64,000 bases of DNA, from positions 3,008,001 to 3,072,000 of the forward strand of contig CAWIIB010000009.1 in the NCBI GenBank assembly GCA_963836075.1. The letters are read 5' to 3'. The notes under the pieces were generated by a model that saw nothing but the letters and a program-made list of their open reading frames with translations, had not been told where the DNA came from and ran no database searches. Origin of the DNA: an uncultured Acidobacteriota bacterium. GTDB lineage: Bacteria > Acidobacteriota > JAQAZP01. Below, in pieces: positions 50,602 through 60,080 of this stretch (positions within the stretch are counted from its first letter, which is position 1; each line of letters starts with the position of its first letter). Made by a program: the position numbers and the translations under genes.

Positions 50602-51030
50602 CCCCGGGCTGTTGCTGGCAACTGGTTGCCGCCCGTTGGCGGCACACGATTATAGGGGTATGGGTGAAAGGGGATCAACAGGGTAGAGAGGCAAAAAAAG
50701 TGGGGAGGTTGCCCTCCCCGAATATCTAATCAGAAGGTTTGGTAATCCTGGGCCCGCCGCCGGGATCGCAGTTTCCTTACCCGTCTCCCTAAAAAACGGT
50801 TCGGAATGCCGCCACTCGCGAAATGCACGGCCAACGAAACCACGGTAAGCCCGCCCGAAAATATACGCAATAATCCTGCCACAGGCAACCCCCTTGCTTC
50901 GTTCAGCCTAATCCGTTTAAATTGTATGGTTTTCTGAATGGTCTGCCACATACACGAATGACGCCATAAATCCAAAAAGTTGAATTTTCTTCATGATTTT
51001 GGAGTTTTGAGCTCCAGGGAGGAACCCGTG

Positions 51031-52509
51031 ATGAACAGCGAAAAGATGGTCCGCAGCCGGATCCTGATGGTTGCCATATGCTGCTCTGCCGTCCTGATCA
51101 CTGATCCCGCTGCGGTCTGGCCGGCCGACGATCCGGCGCTGGTCACCTCCACCGCGGAGCAGCGGGAGGAGTTGGCCCTCACCGTGTACAACCAGGGCTT
51201 CGGGCTGGTGAGCGACGTTCGCCGGGTGGACCTTCCCCGAGGTTCGTTCCAGATGCGCTGGGCCGACGTAGCGCAGCAGCTGGACCCGGACTCGGTGGCC
51301 CTGGTCCAGCCGGGAGGGGCGGAGGGGCTGACCGTGTTGGAGCAGTTCTACGACGACGACCTTGTGGCGCCGGCCCGCCTGATGGAGTTTTACGTCGGCC
51401 GGGAGATCACCCTGGTGCAGGAGGACCGGGACCTGCGGGAGAAACGGATCACGGCGCGGCTGCTCAGCACGTCCGGCCCCACCGTGGAGGTGGACGGCGC
51501 GGTGGTGCTGGGACATCCGGGCCGGGTGGAGCTGCCGGAACTGCCGCCGGGACTGCTGCTCCGGCCGGCCCTGGGCTGGCTGGCCCACAGCGGGGAAGCG
51601 GCCGGTCCGACGCTGCTGGAGGCCCGCTATCTCACCGGGGGGATCGGTTGGACCGCCGTCTACCGGTTGGGGCTGAACCGGGACGAGGATGCGGCCGATC
51701 TTGCCGGCTGGGTGTCGGTGGAGAACCGCAGCGGCACCGACTTCCCGGGTGCCCTCCTGCGGCTGGTGGCCGGCGACGTGAACCGCATTGCCCCCGCGGC
51801 CCGGCACGACTCCCGGGCAAAGATACTTCGGGCCCCGGCGGCGGAGATGGACTATGCCGCTGAAGCGGGCGCCGGTTTCGGCGAGGAGGCGCTCTCGGGG
51901 TATCATCTGTACACTCTGGAGCGGCCGGCCGCTGTGCTGGACAACCGGACCACCCGTATCGCCCTTGCCGAGGCGTCCGGTGTGCCGGTGACTCGGCAGC
52001 TGGTGTTGCGCGGGAATCCCGCCCACTCACGCAACCGGTACGGGGAGCCGCAGCAGGAGCCGGTGGCCGTGGTGTTGCGACTGGGCAACAGCGAGAAAAA
52101 CGGGCTGGGGCGGCCCCTGCCCGCCGGGGTCTGGCAGGTGTTCAAGGAGGACGCCTCCGGCACGCAGCTCTTTATCGGTGAGAATCGCATCGGCCACTCG
52201 GCGCGGGGAACCGAAGTGGTGATCGGAGTGGGCCACAGCTTCGACGTCACCGCCGAGCGGGTGCAGACCGACTACCGCAAGCTGAGCAATGTGCGCTGGG
52301 ACGTGGAGACGGCCTGGCGGATCACCCTGCGCAACGGCAGCGCCCGCGGCGTGGAGGTGCTGGTGCGCGAACCGGTGCAGGGTCAGTGGGAGCTCCGCAG
52401 CGCCAGCCAGGAGCACACCCGGGTGGACGCGACCACGCTGGGGTTCGAGGTGCCGGTGGCCGCCGGGTCTTCCACGGTGCTGGAATACCGCGTGGCGATC
52501 GACTGGTAG
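51031..52509 (+). CDS. DUF4139-domain secreted protein
   Basis: LTVYNQGFGLV, YLTGGIGW..Y, LVAGDVN, YHLYTL, LG.PLPAG. Confidence 0.82.
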   Translation: MNSEKMVRSRILMVAICCSAVLITDPAAVWPADDPALVTSTAEQREELALTVYNQGFGLVSDVRRVDLPRGSFQMRWADVAQQLDPDSVALVQPGGAEGLTVLEQFYDDDLVAPARLMEFYVGREITLVQEDRDLREKRITARLLSTSGPTVEVDGAVVLGHPGRVELPELPPGLLLRPALGWLAHSGEAAGPTLLEARYLTGGIGWTAVYRLGLNRDEDAADLAGWVSVENRSGTDFPGALLRLVAGDVNRIAPAARHDSRAKILRAPAAEMDYAAEAGAGFGEEALSGYHLYTLERPAAVLDNRTTRIALAEASGVPVTRQLVLRGNPAHSRNRYGEPQQEPVAVVLRLGNSEKNGLGRPLPAGVWQVFKEDASGTQLFIGENRIGHSARGTEVVIGVGHSFDVTAERVQTDYRKLSNVRWDVETAWRITLRNGSARGVEVLVREPVQGQWELRSASQEHTRVDATTLGFEVPVAAGSSTVLEYRVAIDW

Positions 52510-52556
52510 GAATCCTCGCCACAGGTCAGGGGGCCGGCGGGGCAAGGGGAGACGCG

Positions 52557-54302
52557 ATGGAAGCGAAGTCCGGATACGTGCTCGGGGTCAACTTCAGCCA
52601 CGACCGCTCGGCCTGTCTGCTGCGGGACGGCGAGATCGTCACCGCGGTGGCCGAGGAGCGCCTGGACCGCATCAAGCGTTCCGAGGGGTGCCTCTACGTG
52701 CGGGGCCGCAAGGGCGGCCGGACCATGCCCAACTTCGCCATCGCGTACTGCCTCGATGCCGCCGGCATCGGCATTGACGACCTCGACCTGCTGGTCATCG
52801 ACCACGCCCTGACCCCGGTGGACCTTCCGTTCCTGCGGCGGATGATCCCGATGAAGGACAAGCAGCGCATCCGTGCGCTGCCCCACCCCTCGCACCACCT
52901 GGCCCACGCGGCCACCGTCTACCACACCTCGGGCTTTGACGAAGCGGCGGTGCTGGTGGCCGACGCCTTCGGCAGCACCACCCGGGCCGGAGTGGAGTGC
53001 GAGACCGGGTTCAGCGCCCGGGGACCGGTGATCGAGCCGGTGTTCCGGAACTTCCAGACCAACCAGCGGGCGCAGTTCCTCTGCCTCACCGGCATGTACC
53101 GGCTGGTGACCCAGATCCTCGGCTTTGTGGTCCCGGATCAGCCCGACCAGCGGGCGCTGGCCCTGGACGATGCGGGCAAGACCATGGGGCTGGCAGCCCA
53201 CGGGGCGGCCCGTGATGACTGGCCGCCCTTTATCAGGTTTCCCAACCGGGGGAAGGCCGACGGCTCTCCGGTGATGATGGACTTTTCCGGTGTGCTGGAC
53301 TGGCTGGAGCAGCAGGAACTGATCTCCTTCAACCGGGACCAGCGGACGGGGCGGATGATCCTCGACATCGCCATCCGCGAACACGATGAACCACTCACCG
53401 GCCTGCACCGCGACCTGGCCACCCGGGTGCAGGAGGAGTTCACCACGGCGATGATCGCCATCGTCCGGGAACTGCACCGGATCACCGGCCAGCCCCGGCT
53501 CTGCCTCTCCGGCGGAGCGGCGCTGAACTCGGTGGCCAACACCCGGATCGTCGATGAGACACCCTTTGAAGAGGTGTTCATCTTTCCCGCCGGCACCGAC
53601 GACGGCAACGCCTTGGGCTGCGCCTACCAGGGCCACTACCAGATGCTGGACCAGCCCTGGTCGCCGCGGCCGCTGGCCTCGCCGTTCCTCGGGATCGAAT
53701 ACGGCGAGGAGCAGTGCCGCCAGGCCGCCGCCGGTCTCGGACTGCTGCCGAAGAAAGCGGGCAGCGACGAGGAGATCGTGGAGTGGGCCGCCGGGGCGCT
53801 GGACGCGGGAAAGGTGGTGGGCTGGTTCCAGGGCGGCAGCGAGATCGGCCCGCGGGCACTGGGCCACCGCAGCCTGCTGGCCGACCCGCGACGGCCGGAA
53901 TCGGTGGAGTCGCTGAACAGGGCGATCAAGTTCCGCGAGCCGTTCCGTCCCTACGCCCCCAGCGTGATCGAGGAACGGCAGGCCGAGTTCTTCCAGCTGG
54001 ACCGGCCCAGCCCCTACATGTTGCTGGTGGCGCCGGTTCGCCCTGAAAAGCGGGCGGCCATTCCGGCGGTGACCCATGTGGACGGGACAGCCCGGGTTCA
54101 GACGGTGAGCCGCGCCGGCGACCCGCTCTACCACCGCCTCATCGAGCGTTTCGGGGAGCTGAGCGGCATACCGCTGCTGCTAAACACCTCGATGAACCGT
54201 GCGGGTGAGCCGATGGTGGAGTCGCCGGTGGACGCGGCGCGCCTGTTCAGGGGCACCAAGCTGGATGCGATGGTGCTGGGCCGATTCTATTTCGAGAAAT
54301 GA
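52557..54302 (+). CDS. NodU/CmcH-family carbamoyltransferase
   Basis: HDRSACL, EERLDRIK, HHLAHA, GKTMGLA, GPRALGHRS, KFREPFRP, HVDGTARVQ, LNTS. Confidence 0.93.
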   Translation: MEAKSGYVLGVNFSHDRSACLLRDGEIVTAVAEERLDRIKRSEGCLYVRGRKGGRTMPNFAIAYCLDAAGIGIDDLDLLVIDHALTPVDLPFLRRMIPMKDKQRIRALPHPSHHLAHAATVYHTSGFDEAAVLVADAFGSTTRAGVECETGFSARGPVIEPVFRNFQTNQRAQFLCLTGMYRLVTQILGFVVPDQPDQRALALDDAGKTMGLAAHGAARDDWPPFIRFPNRGKADGSPVMMDFSGVLDWLEQQELISFNRDQRTGRMILDIAIREHDEPLTGLHRDLATRVQEEFTTAMIAIVRELHRITGQPRLCLSGGAALNSVANTRIVDETPFEEVFIFPAGTDDGNALGCAYQGHYQMLDQPWSPRPLASPFLGIEYGEEQCRQAAAGLGLLPKKAGSDEEIVEWAAGALDAGKVVGWFQGGSEIGPRALGHRSLLADPRRPESVESLNRAIKFREPFRPYAPSVIEERQAEFFQLDRPSPYMLLVAPVRPEKRAAIPAVTHVDGTARVQTVSRAGDPLYHRLIERFGELSGIPLLLNTSMNRAGEPMVESPVDAARLFRGTKLDAMVLGRFYFEK

Positions 54303-54333
54303 ACCGCAGATTTCACAATAATTCCAGGAGAGG

Positions 54334-54597
54334 GTGAGCCGCAGAATGTCCGACATACAGAAAATCATCGTGGCCCTGAACAGCATCAAGGTGGGGGATC
54401 TTGACCTGATCAAGGAAAAACTGACCGAGATCCGTGGCGACCTCCTGACCGCCGGCCTTGATGACCAGGCCGGAATCCTCGAAATGGCCCTCGACGCCCT
54501 GGCCGGCGGGCGCATACCGGAGTTTCGCAAGTTGATGGCCCGGGCCACCGCTGAACTGGGGCACTGCAAGGGGCGGCGCGGTCCCAGGGGCGATTGA
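54334..54597 (+). CDS. Small hypothetical helical protein
   Basis: AGGAG RBS upstream; codon usage typical of the genome. Confidence 0.5.
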   Translation: MSRRMSDIQKIIVALNSIKVGDLDLIKEKLTEIRGDLLTAGLDDQAGILEMALDALAGGRIPEFRKLMARATAELGHCKGRRGPRGD

Positions 54598-54777
54598 GTG
54601 GACAGTTCAAGTCCCGAATCTCACGAATGTAAACCCCCTTGGTAGGCAATCAAGTGCCGACAGTGGGAAAAGATATTCTCCTCCCATTGGACTCTCCTGA
54701 AAGCTGCCATTTCTTAACACTGTTAACTCTTTGAGGCTCTATTAAATCTCATTATTTCTCCCCTTGGGGTTTTACGC

Positions 54778-54821
54778 TTGCAGTGGCACAGCAATTGCTT
54801 TATAAAATCAACAAGTTGTTG
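54778..54821 (+). promoter_or_regulatory. Candidate promoter of operon copy 1: sigma54-like -24/-12 overlapping a sigma70-like element, plus a palindromic operator
   Basis: TGGCAC-AGCAA-TTGCT (54784-54799); TTGCAG-N17-TATAAA (54778-54806); CAACAA-G-TTGTTG (54809-54821). Confidence 0.6.
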
Positions 54822-54974
54822 TGTTTTTGCGCTTTCTGAGGAATGAGCCCGAGTTTCTTTAATGGCTTCATTTCACGGCCTCCCGTGGCCCCCGGCCCTT
54901 GAGAACCCCGGTTTAGACCATTCACCTGATCTGCGCGCTTGTTTTACTAACTCCAAACCAAAGGAGAACCAGCC

Positions 54975-55862
54975 ATGGGAATTCATCGGTCACTCCGGAT
55001 GGTCGCCGTCGCCTGCATCGTCATGCTGGCCTGGGCGCCACTGGGAGCCTGGCAGGGTGTTGCCCGGGAGGGTACGCCCCTGCCGTCGAACACCACGCAT
55101 CTGGCGGTTCAGCTGACCACGCAGCAGCCGGTCAGCCCCACCCCGGGGATTCCCGAACGGGTCTACCCGGTGGACGCCTACAACCAGGGGAGCGACATCT
55201 GGCTCGCCATCCCGTCATCGGTTGCCGGCACGGACTTCGCCGGAGCCACGGTGCGGGTCTGCATCACGCCCCACCGGACCGTGCTGGACGGCTGGACGGA
55301 CGGCGCCGGGATCAAGGACTGCAGCGGCGGTTTCGAGACGGTGATGCTGCAGGCGGGGAGTTCGGCGGACAACTACGTGCTGGGCTGGAGCGGAGCCTGC
55401 ACCCTCGGCCGCTACGATGTGATCGTCGACTTCGAACCCTTTGGTGTCTACAACCTCGGCCGGGACATGATCGACCACGCCGGAATCGGCGGCTTCCAGG
55501 TGCTGGACAGCCGGGCCATCGACTACGTGCTGATCAGCCCCGATCGTGGGTGCGCCCGGATCATCGGCAACCAGTCCTACGTGGGCGGGCTCTACGAGCC
55601 GACCGAGGAGTTCGTACTCAACAGCTGGAACAACGGGATCAACGGGATTCCCGAGTACGGCGGCGGCGACGACGTGTTCGAGGGCATCCTTGCCGCCACC
55701 TGGTCCACCACGGTGGGCGGCAGCGTGGGCCGCATCGATTCGAGCACCGGTCTTTACGTGGCCGGGGGCTTCACCGGTGAAGGCGACGTCACGGCCTTCG
55801 CTTTCGGCGGCTGGACCGACACGGCATATGTCATGAGCACCACCCCCTCCTGGGTGCCGTAA
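54975..55862 (+). CDS. Secreted protein with QHNDH alpha-subunit C-terminal (domain IV)-like region, no heme motifs (copy 1)
   Basis: Signal peptide; VLISP..GCARIIGN...F...WNNG.NG.....DD...G...ATW...G.ID..TGLY..G...TPSW resembles the QhpA C-terminus; no CxxCH; next to the qhpC-like gene. Confidence 0.65.
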   Translation: MGIHRSLRMVAVACIVMLAWAPLGAWQGVAREGTPLPSNTTHLAVQLTTQQPVSPTPGIPERVYPVDAYNQGSDIWLAIPSSVAGTDFAGATVRVCITPHRTVLDGWTDGAGIKDCSGGFETVMLQAGSSADNYVLGWSGACTLGRYDVIVDFEPFGVYNLGRDMIDHAGIGGFQVLDSRAIDYVLISPDRGCARIIGNQSYVGGLYEPTEEFVLNSWNNGINGIPEYGGGDDVFEGILAATWSTTVGGSVGRIDSSTGLYVAGGFTGEGDVTAFAFGGWTDTAYVMSTTPSWVP

Positions 55863-55903
55863 AAAATCGTCCCTCCGGGCTTTGCTTCAAGGAGAGAAAC
55901 ACG

Positions 55904-56200
55904 ATGAAACATCTCAAGCCCCTGAACAAGCGGGCGATGAAACTGAGCGGCGACGAGGATCGCCCCGACGTCTTCGGCTACGCCTGCAGCATCTGCTGCA
56001 CGGCCTGGGCCCCGGGCTGGGAGGTGGGCGACGATCCGTATCCCGTCGACCCCTGCCCCTGGATGAGCGACCTGTCGCTCTGCTGGGTCACCTGCTACTG
56101 GACCGGCCAGGTGGCCGACGACACGGCGGAACCCAACTGGCTCGACGACTGTTCCCTGGTCTCCGAAGACTGGGTCCGTATCTGCGTGGTCCCCGACTGA
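55904..56200 (+). CDS. QHNDH gamma-subunit (QhpC)-like Cys-rich precursor peptide (copy 1)
   Basis: MKHLKPLNK leader; C-x5-PGWEV; C-x4-DL-x2-C-x3-C-YW-x2-QV-x-D; EDW; strong AAGGAG RBS. Confidence 0.88.
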   Translation: MKHLKPLNKRAMKLSGDEDRPDVFGYACSICCTAWAPGWEVGDDPYPVDPCPWMSDLSLCWVTCYWTGQVADDTAEPNWLDDCSLVSEDWVRICVVPD

Positions 56201-56228
56201 TCACAGCGGCATATCCTGGAGGAAATCG

Positions 56229-57287
56229 ATGCAATCACGAAAAAGTTTCAGGATCCCGCGGGTCAGGGGACGATTCCCCGCCGTGTGGCTCTGCGCGTGC
56301 CTGCTGCTCACCCTGGCGGCGGCACCCGCTCTTGCGGGACAGCGCACCATCTTCGCCGGGGGCAACCACATCATGGTCATCGACGAGGCGACCATGAACG
56401 TGTTGGGCCAGATCCCGGTGCAGAAACATATCCACCAGCTGGTGGTGGACCAGGCCCGCGAACGGCTTTACGCCGCGCACAGCGGCGGGGTGGAGATCTT
56501 CAACGCCCGGTCTTACGCCTCGCTGGGCTTCTTTGCTGAGGACCCGGCCCGGCGGCTGGAGCTGAGCGCCGACGGCAATACGCTCTACGCCCTGACCCAC
56601 CCGATCCTGGTCAACGCCGACGGGCAGAAGCACGCCGGTGAATACGCGATCCAGATCATCGACCTGGTGCAGAGCAAGGTCAGCGGCTCGGTGAACCTGG
56701 GCTACGATATCTTTGACGCGGTGGTGGACCCGGTCAACGGCAAGGTGTTCGCCATGAAACGGTTCGACCGTTCGCTTTCCGTGCACAGCCTGGCCGAGGG
56801 CAAGCGGGTGGCCACGGTGAACGTGGCTTCGAACTTCGACCCGATGAAGGTCAACCTGCTGCACTTCATGTCCTCGAGCCCCGACGGGCAGCACCTCTAC
56901 GTGCCGCAGCACGGGGCATCGGCCTGTGTCTTCGACGTGGATACCCAGTCCGGCGCGTCGCGGCCCATCGACCTCGGCGGCGAGTATTTCATCCGCGACT
57001 CCCAGGTCTCGCCCGACGGGCGGAGCCTCTTCCTGCTCACTGCCGACCAGGTGATGGTGGTGGACACGGTGGGTCGGAGGGTGGCGGCCTCCGCGCCGCT
57101 GGAGGAGGTCTACATCGGCCTCGACCTCAGTGCCGACGGCTCCCGGGCCTACCTCAGCAACCCGCTGCACGGGGACGGCAGCGCCGGCAACCTGCTGGTG
57201 CTCGACGCCCGCTCACTCAAGGAGAGGGGGATGGTGGCGACCCCCGGCTTGTCCCTGTTCACGGCAGCTGCCTTCGAGCGTGACTGA
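56229..57287 (+). CDS. Secreted YVTN/YncE beta-propeller, QHNDH beta-subunit-like (copy 1)
   Basis: Signal peptide; repeated S[AP]DG..LY blades; follows the qhpC-like gene as qhpB does. Confidence 0.72.
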   Translation: MQSRKSFRIPRVRGRFPAVWLCACLLLTLAAAPALAGQRTIFAGGNHIMVIDEATMNVLGQIPVQKHIHQLVVDQARERLYAAHSGGVEIFNARSYASLGFFAEDPARRLELSADGNTLYALTHPILVNADGQKHAGEYAIQIIDLVQSKVSGSVNLGYDIFDAVVDPVNGKVFAMKRFDRSLSVHSLAEGKRVATVNVASNFDPMKVNLLHFMSSSPDGQHLYVPQHGASACVFDVDTQSGASRPIDLGGEYFIRDSQVSPDGRSLFLLTADQVMVVDTVGRRVAASAPLEEVYIGLDLSADGSRAYLSNPLHGDGSAGNLLVLDARSLKERGMVATPGLSLFTAAAFERD

Positions 57288-57308
57288 AGTTAGGAAGGAA
57301 AGAAGATC

Positions 57309-59690
57309 ATGAGCACTTGTTCCAAACGATTTCTGACCGTCCTGCTCACGCTGTGGGCGGTGGGGGCGCTCTGCGTCGTCCCGGCCCAGGCCGGGTTCGA
57401 AAAGATCGTTCTCGACGGCGGCGTGAACGGACCGAAGTCCATCCAGGTGGTGGACCTTGACGGGGTCAACGGCCTCGACATACTGGCGGTCCACGCCTTT
57501 GACGACCGGGTGGTGTGGTATGAGAACCTCGGCAACGAGGTCTACTCCATGCACAGCATCGGCACGATGAGCAACCCCTCGTCGGTGGCCGCGGGCGACC
57601 TGAACAACGACGGGTCTCTCGACCTGGTGGTGACCAGTTTCTCCGTCGGTCCCGAAAACTGGTATGTCTCCTACTACCTCAACGACGGCAGCGAGAACTT
57701 CACCCAGCACACCGTAGACAGCACCATGATGGGCGCCGAGGAAGTGGTGCTGGCCCATCTCGACAGCGGCACCAGTCTCGATATCGCGGTGGTGGGCTAC
57801 GAGTCGGACACCGTTGCCTGGTACAAGAACGACGGCGCGGCAACGCCGAGTTTCACCCGGCAGATCATCGCCAGCGACAAGGTCCAGTCCGAGTCGATCG
57901 ACGCTGCGGACCTCGACGGCGACGGTGACATCGACCTGGTGACCTCCGCCTTCCTGGACAACGAGATCCTCTGGTGGGAAAACTCCGGCGGCGCTTCGCC
58001 GACCTTCACCGAGCACGTGGCCTCGGGCCTGGTCAACGGCCCCAAGGACGTGGGTTTCGCCAATGTCGACGGCGACGGCGACCTGGACATCGTGGCCGTC
58101 TCCTTTTTCGATGACGAGGTGGTCTGGCTGGAGAACAACGGCCTCGAAACCTTCACCACCATCGTGGCCGGCGCCACGGCGCTCGGCCCGGTGGCCGTGG
58201 ACGCCGCCGACCGCAACGGCGACACCTTCGTCGACCTGGTGGTGTGCTGTTTCGACGGCGACGAGGTTGATTCATTCACCAACGACGGCCTGGAGAACTT
58301 CACCATGACCGTCGTCGACCCCGCCCTGGGCGGCGCCGAGTCACCGGTGGTGGTGGACCTGGACCAGGACGGCGAGGCCGACCTGGTGGCCGCAGGCTTC
58401 TTCGACGACAACATCGTCTGGTATGTCAACCAGGCGATCTTCTACGACGGGTTCACACTGGACGACACCGCCGGCGGCAACGGCGACGGCAACCCCGACC
58501 CGGGCGAGACCATCACCCTGGTGGTGGATATCCGCAACGAGGGGGATGGCACCCTCACCGGCGTCTCTGGCCAGCTGGACTCCAACCAGCCCGGCTACCT
58601 GACCTGGATCGACGACACCGCCAGCTATCCCGACATCCCGCCGGCAAGCAGCGCCTCGAGCAACTCACCGCACTTCAAGTTCACCCTGTCCCAGTCCACC
58701 CCCTGTGGCCAGGCCATCAGCTTCTCCTTTGACATGTTCTCCGACCAGGACAACGGCGGTGACGGCTTTGGCATGGGTATCGGCGGGATCGTCGATGACA
58801 TGGAGAGCGGCGAAGGCGCCTGGACCCATTACGCCGACATCGGCGTCGACGATTGGGCCATTGTGACCGTGGCCGAGGCGCACAGCCCGACCAGTGCCTG
58901 GTATGCCAGCGATGCCCCCGTCGACACCGACAAGAGCCTGATCTCCCCACCGGTGAACATCGCCGGCACCGGGGAATTCCGCTTCTGGCATACCTACAGC
59001 TACGAGAACTACTACGACGGCTGCATTATCGAGATCTCCACCGACGGCGGCTCCAGCTGGGCCGATATCGGCGGTCTGATCACTTCGGGCAACGGTTACA
59101 ACAACACACTGAGTGGCGGTAATCCGCTGGGTGCCGTTGAGGCGTGGTCTGGTGGCAACATCGGTGCCATGGAAGAAGTTGTTGTGGACCTCTCAAGCTA
59201 CAATGGAGAGACGGTGAACATCCGCTTCCACATGGGGTGCGACTACTCCATTGGCAGCACGGGCTGGTATATCGACGATGTGACCCTCGATGACTGCCAG
59301 GTCTACCAGGGCTCCACCATGGACTGCGACTACACCATCACCCCGCTGAGCGGCACCGTGCCGTTCCTGACGGTGCACCGCATCACCCTGTTCAACAACC
59401 TGGCCGGCGGCGCGGTCTACACGCGGCGGATCTCCGGGCGGATCGCGGTGACCATCGCCAACGGCACCACCTACAACCCCTGGCGTGCCGGTTACACCAA
59501 TATCGCGCCGTCCAGCACTTACTACAACCAGTTCCCGGTGAACTTCCCCGGGCTGCCCACGGTGCTGGGGGACAACACCTTCGTCCTCAATGCCATGGAC
59601 GTCACACCGGTGCCCTACAACCAGCCGCCCTATCCGCCGTCCGGCGATACGTGCACCACCACCAACGTGGTCAATGCGCACGCGCCCTAG
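57309..59690 (+). CDS. Secreted FG-GAP/VCBS propeller protein with PGE-type Ig domain, jelly-roll (InhA/MAM-like) domain and unrecognised C-terminal domain (copy 1)
   Basis: About 7 DxDxDGxxD..WYEN repeats; GNGDGNPDPGETITL; DDMESG..FWH..YDG..EISTDGG..GWYIDDV; C-terminal NQPPYPPSGD. Confidence 0.82.
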   Translation: MSTCSKRFLTVLLTLWAVGALCVVPAQAGFEKIVLDGGVNGPKSIQVVDLDGVNGLDILAVHAFDDRVVWYENLGNEVYSMHSIGTMSNPSSVAAGDLNNDGSLDLVVTSFSVGPENWYVSYYLNDGSENFTQHTVDSTMMGAEEVVLAHLDSGTSLDIAVVGYESDTVAWYKNDGAATPSFTRQIIASDKVQSESIDAADLDGDGDIDLVTSAFLDNEILWWENSGGASPTFTEHVASGLVNGPKDVGFANVDGDGDLDIVAVSFFDDEVVWLENNGLETFTTIVAGATALGPVAVDAADRNGDTFVDLVVCCFDGDEVDSFTNDGLENFTMTVVDPALGGAESPVVVDLDQDGEADLVAAGFFDDNIVWYVNQAIFYDGFTLDDTAGGNGDGNPDPGETITLVVDIRNEGDGTLTGVSGQLDSNQPGYLTWIDDTASYPDIPPASSASSNSPHFKFTLSQSTPCGQAISFSFDMFSDQDNGGDGFGMGIGGIVDDMESGEGAWTHYADIGVDDWAIVTVAEAHSPTSAWYASDAPVDTDKSLISPPVNIAGTGEFRFWHTYSYENYYDGCIIEISTDGGSSWADIGGLITSGNGYNNTLSGGNPLGAVEAWSGGNIGAMEEVVVDLSSYNGETVNIRFHMGCDYSIGSTGWYIDDVTLDDCQVYQGSTMDCDYTITPLSGTVPFLTVHRITLFNNLAGGAVYTRRISGRIAVTIANGTTYNPWRAGYTNIAPSSTYYNQFPVNFPGLPTVLGDNTFVLNAMDVTPVPYNQPPYPPSGDTCTTTNVVNAHAP

Positions 59691-59717
59691 AAGCCGGCGG
59701 TAACTTCGGTACACACC

Positions 59718-59749
59718 AGGCCCCCGGGAGCGATCCCGGGGGCCTTTTT
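59718..59749 (+). terminator. Intrinsic terminator ending operon copy 1
   Basis: AGGCCCCCGGGA-GCGA-TCCCGGGGGCCT followed by a T-run. Confidence 0.9.
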
Positions 59750-59880
59750 ACATGCGTTCAATCCCAGTGGCAGAGCATGGAATGAGCGATAGGGCACCAC
59801 CGCCTGGCCGGACGCATTGGCGATGTTATGTAAAGCTTTGAAAAAAATAGGACTATTTTTACTGTTGATACGACTCCGAC

Positions 59881-59926
59881 TTGCACAAGAACGACAATTG
59901 CTTTATATATAATCAACAAGTTGTTG
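59881..59926 (+). promoter_or_regulatory. Candidate promoter of operon copy 2 with the same palindrome
   Basis: TTGCAC-N17-TATATA; CAACAA-G-TTGTTG at 59914-59926; the sigma54 -24 GG is absent (AAGAAC). Confidence 0.5.
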
Positions 59927-60080
59927 GTTTTTTGGCGCTTTTTGAGGAATGAGCCCGAGTTTCTTTAATGGCTTCATTTCACGGCCTCCCGCGGCCCCCG
60001 GCCTTTGAGACTCAAGGTATTCACCATTCACCTGATCTGCGCACCTGTTCTGCTAACTCCAAACCAAAGGAGAACCAGCC

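Noticed and set aside
50650-51010. Low-GC intergenic segment with a weak TCCAAAA...TTTTGGA inverted repeat
   Set aside because: Consistent with an ordinary divergent promoter region; the repeat is too short to call.
49061-54302. Nearby B12-radical SAM and carbamoyltransferase as tailoring enzymes of the QhpC-like peptide
   Set aside because: No SPASM or RRE features, separate transcription units, and both families usually act on other substrates. Proximity alone is not enough.
57420-58420. Regularly spaced DNA repeats resembling a CRISPR-like array
   Set aside because: They are degenerate, in-frame FG-GAP protein repeats.
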